This document shows positions 41,341-50,100 of a stretch of 64,000 nucleotides of DNA, piece by piece (position 1 is the stretch's first letter; every line of letters starts with the position of its first letter). Under the pieces are notes generated by a model. That model saw only the letters and a list, made by a program, of their open reading frames with translations. It did no database searches and was not told the origin of the DNA. Origin of the DNA: a virus. Position numbers and translations under genes: made by a program. The stretch spans positions 29,246-93,245 of IMG/VR virus record IMGVR_UViG_3300043395_000420; one strand, given 5' to 3'.

Positions 41341-42009
41341 TTATGATCTTAAGGGTGATTGTTTATCTCCGGCAACTGGGTCATTATTCATTTGCATACT
41401 TCTTGCAAAATCATTTGCTACTTGTTGTTCTATTTCAGCAAATAACTCAGAAGGTATGGAAAATACTTGATTTTGAATAGGTTCACATTCAGAGTTACAT
41501 TTGAATATATTTAAAGAGTCCTCAAATATTCCATCTACTGCAATACTTGGCCATGTAACATTGGGTAAATAGATGTATCCATCTAGTAACCAATAGTATT
41601 TATTCTTGTTATACTTTGCTCCTGATGTTTTTTGCAAAGCATTATACAACTGGGGAGTTGTTCTGAATGCTTCAGTAGCAGCATCAATAGATCCTACAAA
41701 ACGTAACAATGGTCCGGATGCTCCGTCTAAAATACCAGGCATCTTTTCTTTTGTACGCATTACGGTTACACCAGATGTAACATCACAACAAGCCTCTACT
41801 CTATCTACCTCTATCAACTCCACACATCCTAGACGAGTAAATAAACTGTTAAACTTAGCACGACTTGTTATATTGTCCTGTCTTTTAATATACATTTTAG
41901 CATACTTCATTATGTTACTATAGATTACTCTATCAGTAATAAATGAATCAGCATCAACCGCCTTGATCTGATTACGTATACGTGATATTACTTCTCCAAT
42001 GGTTGTCAT
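41341..42009 (-). CDS. Tail ring / adaptor protein
   Basis: 222 aa with TIGEVISRIRN..D..ITDR, RTKEKMP and YYWLLDGYIYLPN; synteny. Confidence 0.65.
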   Translation of the reverse strand: MTTIGEVISRIRNQIKAVDADSFITDRVIYSNIMKYAKMYIKRQDNITSRAKFNSLFTRLGCVELIEVDRVEACCDVTSGVTVMRTKEKMPGILDGASGPLLRFVGSIDAATEAFRTTPQLYNALQKTSGAKYNKNKYYWLLDGYIYLPNVTWPSIAVDGIFEDSLNIFKCNSECEPIQNQVFSIPSELFAEIEQQVANDFARSMQMNNDPVAGDKQSPLRS

Positions 42010-42014
42010 TGTTA

Positions 42015-42593
42015 TTAAATATTAAATTCGTTATATTTTTCTGCATACTCTTTCTTACGTTTTTCAACTTCTCTTTGGTATGAATGATCTCTGAAGTATG
42101 TAGATAGTTTTATCTTAGGGTCAATTTCTATAAATATTTTCCAGTTTTCAGAAAAAGCACGAGAACTATCTTTTTTAAACTGTCTGGCCGGTCTGAATAT
42201 CCATAGATTATTGTCTACTATTTTATATTTTACAGAAGAGTTACTGTAGAATATCTTACCTAATCTTCCATCACTATTCCAGTTTTTAAAAGATATTTTC
42301 TGTTTATGTTTGGTAGACATGAGCATGTCAATAGTATTTGCACTATTTTTACATACTCCTAAAAATAAATAACCTATTCCTTGTGGAAGTTCTACACCCT
42401 CTCTATTCTCACATACGTATGCTCTTACATAGTCATTAAAGTCTTTTATAAGTTTACTAATATCTTTCTTGACCATTTCTTTAGTAGCAGGAACCTTTTC
42501 ATTGAGTTCTTTCATAAACTTATCATTGATTGGTTCATGACGGTCTGGTCTAAATCTGGGTTTAGTTCTATCTATGTCTGAAAACTTACGCAT
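42015..42593 (-). CDS. IHF/HU-like DNA-binding protein (crAss-like)
   Basis: 192 aa, basic. Helix followed by GVELPQGIGYLF and later WIFRPARQFK, resembling the HU/IHF fold. Conserved position in the crAss-like tail block. Confidence 0.65.
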   Translation of the reverse strand: MRKFSDIDRTKPRFRPDRHEPINDKFMKELNEKVPATKEMVKKDISKLIKDFNDYVRAYVCENREGVELPQGIGYLFLGVCKNSANTIDMLMSTKHKQKISFKNWNSDGRLGKIFYSNSSVKYKIVDNNLWIFRPARQFKKDSSRAFSENWKIFIEIDPKIKLSTYFRDHSYQREVEKRKKEYAEKYNEFNI

Positions 42594-42646
42594 ACTCTTA
42601 TTACAATTTACAAAATTTATCTGAGGTTTAAAAGATACTTCTTATG

Positions 42647-42654
42647 CAAATATA
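42647..42654 (-). promoter_or_regulatory. Bacteroidota-type -7 promoter element TATATTTG
   Basis: Exact TAnnTTTG match directly downstream of a terminator and upstream of the IHF-like gene. Confidence 0.5.
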
Positions 42655-42687
42655 ATAAAGAACCCCAGAATTTCTCCTGGGGCCTTT
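42655..42687 (-). terminator. Intrinsic terminator
   Basis: Minus strand GGCCCCAGGA-GAAA-TTCTGGGGTT followed by CTTTATT. The GNRA tetraloop and G-U pairs favour the minus strand. Confidence 0.8.
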
Positions 42688-42720
42688 CTTGTAGGGTCAC
42701 TAAACCAACAAAGTGATCTA
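42655..42720 (-). ncRNA. Candidate 3'-UTR structured RNA (UUGUUGGUUU-loop hairpin plus terminator)
   Basis: UAGAUCACU-UUGUUGGUUU-AGUGACCCUA hairpin starts right after the stop codon at 42721. Its loop is complementary to leader motifs at 47607, 55019 and 57987. Confidence 0.45.
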
Positions 42721-43272
42721 TCAAGTTAAACCTAAAGTAGTTACAGCAATAGTTGCACTAATACTTTGTCCTAGATTGCAGTGGGTTGTTACTTTAAAAT
42801 AGTATTCTGTTGCTGCAGTTAGTGTAGAAAAAGTATAACTATTAGTATTTATAGGGGTAGCCGTTGACCAACTATCTCCTTGATTTGTGGATATACTAAC
42901 TGAATAGTAATTAGCATCTGTATTTTCCCAAGATAAAGTAATTGCTGTAGTTCCTATATAACTAGGATGCAACTTCAAAACGGGAGTACATAAGCTATCA
43001 TATGCATTAAGTGACATAAACTGATATACATTTTCTAAACTCATACCGGGTGTAAGATTGAACTGCATATATTCTGCAGGATTCATGTTTATACCAAAGT
43101 TTATAATTGTATAGTTTCTATGAATTACACATGTATCTTGTATAGTTTCGTAGCACGGAGTTGGATCCGGGCATAACGTATTAGGAGGACATGAATATGT
43201 CATAGGTGTAGTAAAAGGAGTATCCTTACAACTACATGTACTATTTGATGTTTTACAAGTTGAACAAGCCAT
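42721..43272 (-). CDS. Cys-rich structural protein with C-terminal fibronectin type III-like domain
   Basis: 183 aa with N-terminal CxxC/CPDPTPC..CV. C-terminal TAITLSW...YSV...YTFSTLTAATEYYFKV is an FN3 pattern. Confidence 0.7.
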   Translation of the reverse strand: MACSTCKTSNSTCSCKDTPFTTPMTYSCPPNTLCPDPTPCYETIQDTCVIHRNYTIINFGINMNPAEYMQFNLTPGMSLENVYQFMSLNAYDSLCTPVLKLHPSYIGTTAITLSWENTDANYYSVSISTNQGDSWSTATPINTNSYTFSTLTAATEYYFKVTTHCNLGQSISATIAVTTLGLT

Positions 43273-43282
43273 TGTTTATTGT

Positions 43283-44797
43283 TTATGGTAAAGATGATGT
43301 TGGAATAGCGGTTCCTGTTGTACAGTTTAGACTATATATACCTTGTTGAATTTGAATAACAGCATAGTAACTAGTACCATCTGTAAGTCCTGTAAAGGTA
43401 TGTGTTAGAGTTCCTGTAGCAGGATTTGTTAGTACTGTAGAATTTACTATTACGCCCGTTGAAGCATTATACAAAAATATATTATAGTTAGTACCTAGTA
43501 CCCAATTAGTAAATTCAATCTCTAGTTGTCCGGATGTTCCGGTTGCTCTTAAAACAGACGCAATAGCTGTACACATGTATTGATTAACTACAGTTATTTG
43601 TTCATTAATATTACAAGTAGTTGCCCCATCATTTGCAGAAAGACATGCTGATACATTAGTTATAAATACTATAGAATATTGACTTGCTACACTGAAGCTA
43701 CTAGTATCAACATCGATTACTGTTGAACTATTAGTGTCTGATATAATATCTTCAGTTGTTGTAACAATTTCAGTATCTCCAAAAGCATCAGTTACTGTAA
43801 TAGTTGCGCCTGTAGTACCAGTGCAATATGTAAAACCAGTTGGTATATTACCTACAGGAGTTATATAAATAAATTTAACATCGTCTTTTTCTCCAGTCAT
43901 GCTAAAAATAACATCGTTGCAAGTAAGACCGCAGCAAGAACTAACTGTAATTTCTAGTTGTTTATGAGCATTACGAAGATCACAGAAAGCAAGCCATAGG
44001 TTACTTAACGACTCTGCTAATGTACTCATATTTGCCTCTGTCGTCCATCCTGGAATATTTGCCATAAATGGATAAGATTCTGATAGAGGTGTGTCATTAT
44101 CAGCAATACAAATTTTTGATAAAGATGTTGTTATTTCTGAAGGTGTGCCGGTGCCCGCTTGTAAATTACATAATGCTGTTTCTGTAGTACTAGCAAATGT
44201 TGTAACAGGTATATTTGTTGAAGAAGGGTTAAGACAGCTTGTTGCAACTGTAGGTACAGGAGGAGGTGAACAAGGTAGTACACAAGCCTCAAGTACATCC
44301 AGTCTTGCCTCATGATCTGTAAGAGTAATATTAATATTAGTAATACTCTGAGTCATTGTACATACTCTAGAAGCAATTGCTGTAGCATAATCTTCAATGC
44401 TCATTTCGGTAACAAGATTACCAAAAGTATCGGTATATCTAAAACATTCTGCAATAGGAAGCATGCATGCTTTTACATCATTGCAGTCAAAATTACCAGG
44501 TGTAGGATTTGTTCCTGTACCTCCTGCACATAATGTGTTTAAAATAAACTGTATTACATCATTAAACGTTAATGGTTTAGGACATATTGGAGGAAAACAA
44601 GAAAGGTCTAAATTGTCAATATTTAGTTCTGTAATAAGTGTAGATACTTCAGCTGCTAATTTTGCTGTAACATCTGAAATGCTATCTCCTTTACACAGAT
44701 TTAAAAACGGAATATCTGGACCTTGCCAGATTACACAGTTACTTGAAACTGGTGCACAGTTTTTCTGAGTATCTTGAGGGGTAATTGGTATTGACAT
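43283..44797 (-). CDS. Cys-rich fibre/surface protein with coiled coil and FN3-like C-terminus
   Basis: 504 aa. NCAPVSSNCVIWQGPD N-terminus, heptad segment ITNINITLTDHEARLDVLE, and TFTGLTDGTSYY. Confidence 0.65.
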   Translation of the reverse strand: MSIPITPQDTQKNCAPVSSNCVIWQGPDIPFLNLCKGDSISDVTAKLAAEVSTLITELNIDNLDLSCFPPICPKPLTFNDVIQFILNTLCAGGTGTNPTPGNFDCNDVKACMLPIAECFRYTDTFGNLVTEMSIEDYATAIASRVCTMTQSITNINITLTDHEARLDVLEACVLPCSPPPVPTVATSCLNPSSTNIPVTTFASTTETALCNLQAGTGTPSEITTSLSKICIADNDTPLSESYPFMANIPGWTTEANMSTLAESLSNLWLAFCDLRNAHKQLEITVSSCCGLTCNDVIFSMTGEKDDVKFIYITPVGNIPTGFTYCTGTTGATITVTDAFGDTEIVTTTEDIISDTNSSTVIDVDTSSFSVASQYSIVFITNVSACLSANDGATTCNINEQITVVNQYMCTAIASVLRATGTSGQLEIEFTNWVLGTNYNIFLYNASTGVIVNSTVLTNPATGTLTHTFTGLTDGTSYYAVIQIQQGIYSLNCTTGTAIPTSSLP

Positions 44798-44837
44798 CTT
44801 ATATATAATTTAATTCATTTTTACTTACTTTCAAAAC

Positions 44838-45716
44838 TTATGTTTCACTTTCCGGAGTTGGTAATGGTTCTGACTGAGCAGGTTCATCACAAACAATCGG
44901 AGTTGGATCTACCGGTATTATACAACTTTCTGCAACTTTAGACATTTCTAAGTTTATAAGTTGTTTTTTAATCCAGAACTTATCTAGATTTATGTTATCT
45001 TGTGGAGTAACTATTCCATAGTTTAACATCATAAACTCCGCATAGTAACTATTAGCAAATCTTATTGTATCTGTAATAGTCTGCTGACTTACAGTTATTC
45101 CTGAAAAGTTTAAATCAGGTTTAGGTTCTGTCCTAACAAACTGTACCTCTGGAGGAGGGATACATTCTGAACAGTTTTCGCATACCGATAATAAAGAAGG
45201 TGTAATTGCTGTAGGTAACTCAAATGTTAGTTGTTTAGCATACCAACATTTATCGGGCATCTCTGTAAACTTTAATGTAGAACCTAAATAAGGTGCAAAC
45301 TCAGATGTAAGAGTAAGTACTTCATTAGGGTTTTCACAGTTCTCAACTAATATATAATCTATTTCTGGACAATAAAAATCTCCATTTGTATTTGCATAAA
45401 GTATTTGAATATTCGCAGGATCTAATATAGTTTCAAAAGACTGATCATCACAACCGGAACATGTATATGCTTCTGTAGTATAACAGATACTTCTAATTAT
45501 AATATTTTGATAGTTATAATTGGGATCATTAATATTAGCAAAATAAAGCGTAGTTCCTATAGGATTGTCTGTAGTTGCTAGACCTGGGAGGATAATATCA
45601 TATATAGGAGGCCACCCTCCTTCTACTTCTGGATTATAATATATTGGTATGTAGTATGTAATTGTCCCTGGACAATCCGCAATTGCTAAACAATATTTAG
45701 TTCCTTCTGCTGCCAT
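44838..45716 (-). CDS. Cys-rich acidic structural protein
   Basis: 292 aa; shares the Y...C.N...CW...CxxCxxC module with the upstream 576-aa protein. Confidence 0.6.
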   Translation of the reverse strand: MAAEGTKYCLAIADCPGTITYYIPIYYNPEVEGGWPPIYDIILPGLATTDNPIGTTLYFANINDPNYNYQNIIIRSICYTTEAYTCSGCDDQSFETILDPANIQILYANTNGDFYCPEIDYILVENCENPNEVLTLTSEFAPYLGSTLKFTEMPDKCWYAKQLTFELPTAITPSLLSVCENCSECIPPPEVQFVRTEPKPDLNFSGITVSQQTITDTIRFANSYYAEFMMLNYGIVTPQDNINLDKFWIKKQLINLEMSKVAESCIIPVDPTPIVCDEPAQSEPLPTPESET

Positions 45717-45718
45717 AA

Positions 45719-47449
45719 TTAATTACATTGATATTGAAAACAACAAGTACAATCAGAGTATACCTCATCTAACGTTACTGTTAAGATTTCTGAAGGCTCG
45801 TCTGTTGCTAAAATTGCTGTCCAACATAGTTTAGGATATTCTTGTAATGTTATACTTTTATTTAAATACTCAGATAAATTGAGAGTTGTGTAAATATATA
45901 CATCTGAATTTGCACAACTGGTTAGTTTATATACTGGAGGATCACATTCTTCACATGATCCAAACTCTTCTAATATTTCTATTACGGGGTCTACCTCACA
46001 AAGTTCATTAAACTCATCAACTAAACCTACTCTATAACACCCGTCAAACGTAACATCGTCTACTGAAATTTTTACGTAAGCTCCTAAAGAACCGGATAAG
46101 TCACTTGATGTACAAAATAAAGGAGATGTTTGATCTTGACAATCATATATATAATAAAGAGGTTGACAAGTTAAACAATTAGAGTATTCAGAAATACCTG
46201 ATAATATAACATAGTTTTCTTCAAATGTATCATGTTCTTCAACAAAAGCACAAGTTTTACCAGTATCTGGTTTAACTATTTTATTTACGTAAATATCTAT
46301 TCCTGGACTTTCAGCTTCTGTTGTATAACTTATTTCTCCTGTATAACATCTTGTTAGTTTGTAGGGACATGCTAGATAATCTGCATATAGCGGTTTTAAA
46401 CTATCTTCTTGTATACAATATGAAGGATCTTCTTCATCAGGTATAAATCCTTCAGGACAACCGCAGTCATAAGATACAGCTATAATTGATCTAGCAGTAT
46501 ATTCACCTGCTGTATAAGAACCGGACCATGTTAAACCAGCATCTATTGTTTTATATATAATACCATTACCCATTGTAATAAAACCATCATTTTCTGTATA
46601 AAATGATATACCTAATGCTTGATTTGTAGGTAATCCGCTTGATCCAAGTACAGGATTAAATCCAGAGGGCCCTGGATTAGTATTTTTATAAACTACACCA
46701 TTTCCATCTGTTGTAAATAAAACACCATTAGGAGTTATCCCAAGTTGTGTACCTAAGCCAGATGAATTAGCTGTTGCAAAACTTTGAAAAGAAAAATTTA
46801 CACCGTTGTCCGAAGATCTAAATATATATTTATCTGTTGTAAATATTATATTAGTTTCATCCTTATAATAACATTGTCCAACTAAATAATCAGGGTTAGC
46901 ACTTGAAGGACTTATATCTGTTAATTCTACCCAAGTCTGCCCACCATTAGAAGTTTTAAAAAAATATGAGATATCTACAACTGTTACTGCTAGTAAACCA
47001 TTAGATTGATCTTGAAAGTATATTCTATTTCTATCTATTACTTGACCTGTTAAAACAGGAATATCATCATATGCAATTACTCTATCAAAAGTAACACCCG
47101 CATCCACAGACCAATGTAAACCCTCATTACAAGAAATAAATACTATTTTGCCATCTAGTGTTTGCACAGATGCAGCTTCATAAAGACTTGATGAAAAAGG
47201 ATCGTTGATTATACTTTGTGTAAACGTAGTGCCATAGTCTGAAGAAATCCAAGCTTGTCCAGCACTAGTAGTTGCGTCATCTCCTACAAAAATAAATCTT
47301 CCACCTGAATATCTAGAGGATGATACAAAAGAGTTACTTCCCTGTAAATCAGGAACTCCTGTTAAAGATGTCCATGTAGATCCTTCATCTCCACTATATA
47401 AGATAAAATCACCGTTTCTACCTGTAGCAAATATCTTTATTTCATTCAT
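45719..47449 (-). CDS. BNR/Asp-box beta-propeller protein with C-terminal Cys-rich repeats (candidate receptor-binding protein)
   Basis: Six Asp-boxes (SGDEGSTW, SSDYGTTF, SVDAGVTF, TSNGGQTW, SSDNGVNF, TIDAGLTW) and three Y.L..C...CxxC repeats. Confidence 0.75.
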   Translation of the reverse strand: MNEIKIFATGRNGDFILYSGDEGSTWTSLTGVPDLQGSNSFVSSSRYSGGRFIFVGDDATTSAGQAWISSDYGTTFTQSIINDPFSSSLYEAASVQTLDGKIVFISCNEGLHWSVDAGVTFDRVIAYDDIPVLTGQVIDRNRIYFQDQSNGLLAVTVVDISYFFKTSNGGQTWVELTDISPSSANPDYLVGQCYYKDETNIIFTTDKYIFRSSDNGVNFSFQSFATANSSGLGTQLGITPNGVLFTTDGNGVVYKNTNPGPSGFNPVLGSSGLPTNQALGISFYTENDGFITMGNGIIYKTIDAGLTWSGSYTAGEYTARSIIAVSYDCGCPEGFIPDEEDPSYCIQEDSLKPLYADYLACPYKLTRCYTGEISYTTEAESPGIDIYVNKIVKPDTGKTCAFVEEHDTFEENYVILSGISEYSNCLTCQPLYYIYDCQDQTSPLFCTSSDLSGSLGAYVKISVDDVTFDGCYRVGLVDEFNELCEVDPVIEILEEFGSCEECDPPVYKLTSCANSDVYIYTTLNLSEYLNKSITLQEYPKLCWTAILATDEPSEILTVTLDEVYSDCTCCFQYQCN

Positions 47450-47604
47450 TTCTTTTTAGTTTCTAAATTAAAAGGTTCTGGTTTACTTGAAGGTTTAATT
47501 CTTTGTAAACCGGATATACATTTAGTACATCCTGAACGACCATCTGCTGTTGTTCTTTTTTGACATCCGCAGCTCATTGCTGCTCCACAGTTACTACATT
47601 TCAT
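47446..47604 (-). CDS. Small Cys-rich (possible zinc-binding) protein, 52 aa
   Basis: Below the ORF-track cutoff: MKCSNCGAAMSCGCQKRTTADGRSGCTKCISGLQRIKPSSKPEPFNLETKKK. Fills the gap, has an ATGA overlap with the next gene and an AAACCAACAAAT leader. Confidence 0.75.
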   Translation of the reverse strand: MKCSNCGAAMSCGCQKRTTADGRSGCTKCISGLQRIKPSSKPEPFNLETKKK

Positions 47605-47624
47605 ATTTGTTGGTTTTTAAAGGT

Positions 47625-48182
47625 TTAACAATCTGAACAATTACATCCTCCCATAAGTTTGGTAAGTCTACTATTTACATAGTTATACATAGCCATTCCC
47701 TGGTTCGGATTATGACAATATTCTACTTTTGCTTTAGCAGCCTGTAACATGGTAGATAATAATTGAACTTCTCTGAGTTGTTCTTTTACTTTACCTTGTG
47801 GTTCACAAGCTGCTACATCTAAGCAACATAACAAACTTTGAATTTTATTTAAAGCTGCTGTAATACGTAAATGATTATATTCTACATAAACATATTCTGC
47901 CGGAGCAATGCTATATTTTACTACATATACTCCATCTGGTATAGCACTACGTGTGGTATCACAATTTGATGTTTGTATACCAAGATTACATGCTGTAATA
48001 TTAGCAGTAAATCCAGGACTATATCCTGTTAATGTTGATGCTACAGTAAATCCTGGAGGAGTTATATCCAAAGTTAAACACTCGGGGGTAATATTACCAT
48101 CATAGGTACTAGTATCTATAATACGCATGACGCATGATGTTACTGTATCAGGAATGTCTAAAGATAATTGATGTTTTGCCAT
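47625..48182 (-). CDS. Conserved crAss-like structural (tail hub-like) protein
   Basis: 185 aa with DTSTY and IPDGVYVVKYS motifs and a C-terminal CNCSDC. Confidence 0.6.
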   Translation of the reverse strand: MAKHQLSLDIPDTVTSCVMRIIDTSTYDGNITPECLTLDITPPGFTVASTLTGYSPGFTANITACNLGIQTSNCDTTRSAIPDGVYVVKYSIAPAEYVYVEYNHLRITAALNKIQSLLCCLDVAACEPQGKVKEQLREVQLLSTMLQAAKAKVEYCHNPNQGMAMYNYVNSRLTKLMGGCNCSDC

Positions 48183-48194
48183 ATTACTAAGTTA

Positions 48195-48202
48195 CAAATA
48201 TA
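48195..48202 (-). promoter_or_regulatory. Bacteroidota-type -7 promoter element TATATTTG
   Basis: TAnnTTTG match just downstream of a terminator, 12 nt before the ATG at 48182. Confidence 0.5.
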
Positions 48203-48214
48203 TTATGTAAAAAT

Positions 48215-48253
48215 AAAAAAGGGAAGGGAATTTTTGTTATCCCTTCCCTTTTT
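48215..48253 (-). terminator. Intrinsic terminator (possibly bidirectional)
   Basis: AAAAAGGGAAGGGA-10 nt-TCCCTTCCCTTTTTT: perfect stem with T-tracts on both strands, after the 446-aa gene. Confidence 0.88.
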
Positions 48254-48271
48254 CAGATAAGTTTTTAAGTA

Positions 48272-49612
48272 TTAAACAGGTGTATATGGTGTGCATTCAG
48301 TTGGTGCACCATATGTAACCAAACCTGTACATTGACTACCTCCTGCATTTAACCAACCTAGAGTTTCTCCGTCTCCAATCATAAACTGTTCAAATGTGGT
48401 TTGAGCAACTGCGTTAGGGACAACAATTTCTAATAAGTACTGGTCATTATCAAAAGTACTAGTTGGATTATTGAAACGAGGTACGTTATGCTGGATATAG
48501 TAGCGATCATACAAAGATGTTCTGTCAATAGCATCAAATACATCTGTACCATTGGTAATCTCACGAATACGCAAATCCATACCAGTATACATTGGTTGTT
48601 GCATATATGCTTCAGTCATGATAAGATCACGAATAACCGTTTCTCCAGTTCCTGCAACTTGCAAAGGAGCACATGATTGATACATGCACAAACCTGAAAA
48701 AGTACAAGGATCTCCATTTAAGTCTACTTCAGAACCATAAATCTTGATAGGTTCCATAAAAGACATAATAGAGTCATTAGGATAGAAAGTACAGTCGTTA
48801 AAACGAGTATCTACATAAGCACCGTTGATTATCAAACCAGCCTTAGTATCTTCTGGAGCAGTTGCGTTTTCAGGATAAGCCGTAACACCATTAATATAAT
48901 TTAATAAAGTAGTTAAATTAGTTGTATCGCCAGATACGGTATTAGTACCAGGAGCAAGTTGTAACCAAGTAGTTCCTCCATTAATAGAGTAAGTAATTTG
49001 AATATTAACAAACTGAGAGAAGATAGGATTATTTAAAATGTTATAAGCCCATTGTCCATAAATAACAAGAGGATTAATTGGTGTAGGACTAGTAGGGTCT
49101 GCACAACATCCGCCATCAGCACTAACAGTTAAATACATGTTGTGAGTTAAGAAACGCAATGCGGGAGAACCTTTAATGTCAATACGGAAGTTATAAGAAT
49201 TTCCACAGTAGAATGTTTTAGCACATTGGTTGTACAAAGTATCTTCTGTTTGACCATTTTTAACTTGACCAACAATAAATTGAGCAGCTTGAGCATCGTG
49301 TCCTTCTACTTTATAAAAAGCAGATACATACTTAGGATTAATTACTTTAGACTTTACAGTCTCTTGATAACCACCTGCAAAAGGTCCAATTTTGTCATTA
49401 GTGTGAATACTACCAGCAAATAATGTCAAAGGACATGCATTAGCAGATGTCCATTCTGTATCTGTTGGAACAATGTTCCAGTTCTTGTCAACAAAACCAA
49501 ATTGTCCTAAACCTGGTACATTATCTTCTGTTCCTAGTTTGCCACCTTCTAGTGCGGTAAAAGCCGATGTTCCCACAAAGGTCTTTTTAAAGGCATGATT
49601 AAAATAACTCAT
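48272..49612 (-). CDS. Abundant structural protein (auxiliary capsid protein-like)
   Basis: 446 aa with SKVINPKYV, CGNSYNFRIDIKG and YDRYYIQH motifs. Has its own promoter-like site and terminator. Position matches the conserved crAss-like capsid-module gene. Confidence 0.6.
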   Translation of the reverse strand: MSYFNHAFKKTFVGTSAFTALEGGKLGTEDNVPGLGQFGFVDKNWNIVPTDTEWTSANACPLTLFAGSIHTNDKIGPFAGGYQETVKSKVINPKYVSAFYKVEGHDAQAAQFIVGQVKNGQTEDTLYNQCAKTFYCGNSYNFRIDIKGSPALRFLTHNMYLTVSADGGCCADPTSPTPINPLVIYGQWAYNILNNPIFSQFVNIQITYSINGGTTWLQLAPGTNTVSGDTTNLTTLLNYINGVTAYPENATAPEDTKAGLIINGAYVDTRFNDCTFYPNDSIMSFMEPIKIYGSEVDLNGDPCTFSGLCMYQSCAPLQVAGTGETVIRDLIMTEAYMQQPMYTGMDLRIREITNGTDVFDAIDRTSLYDRYYIQHNVPRFNNPTSTFDNDQYLLEIVVPNAVAQTTFEQFMIGDGETLGWLNAGGSQCTGLVTYGAPTECTPYTPV

Positions 49613-49640
49613 AGTTTTTTGTTTTTATAAATATATATAA

Positions 49641-49672
49641 GTAATATAGGAAGTTTTTTTATTACTTCCAAA
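49641..49672 (-). promoter_or_regulatory. Candidate promoter TTTG-N20-TATATTAC with an internal inverted repeat
   Basis: -33 TTTG at 49672-49669 and a variant -7 element at 49648-49641. The spacer contains a GGAAGT/ACTTCC inverted repeat. Confidence 0.45.
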
Positions 49673-50098
49673 TTATTTCAAGAAAATAAGTTTGTACTTA
49701 GTACTGTTAATTAAAGATTTTACTTCATCAATAGTATTAAGAATCTCAGAATGTCCGCAAATACTTTGTACTTTACTGCACATATCATATAATGTACGTA
49801 AGTATTTTATACATTCTTCTGGACTATTACATGTTGGTAATTCACATGTACTTGGAAAAGTAATTAACTTTTCTGTAATACCCTGCCATTGTTCAGCAAT
49901 ACTATCTGCTAAATCTCCAACTTCATCATAAAAAGTACCCATAGCAATATGTGCAGAATAACTAGTTGTTTTAAGATGTGCTAAATGTATTTTAGTTACG
50001 CCATTTAGTAGTTCAAATGCAAGTGCTGTAATAGCAGCATTCATTTGTTTATTTTCAGAACCACCTTCTGAATCCTTGTTTATTTTTAACTGTCTCAT
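49673..50098 (-). CDS. Ferritin/Dps-like four-helix protein (DUF5856-like)
   Basis: IHLAHLKTTSYSAHIAMGTFYDEVGDLADSIAEQWQG...ILNTIDEV...TKYKLIFLK; Dps-type H...H...D...E ligand pattern. Confidence 0.8.
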   Translation of the reverse strand: MRQLKINKDSEGGSENKQMNAAITALAFELLNGVTKIHLAHLKTTSYSAHIAMGTFYDEVGDLADSIAEQWQGITEKLITFPSTCELPTCNSPEECIKYLRTLYDMCSKVQSICGHSEILNTIDEVKSLINSTKYKLIFLK

Positions 50099-50100
50099 AA

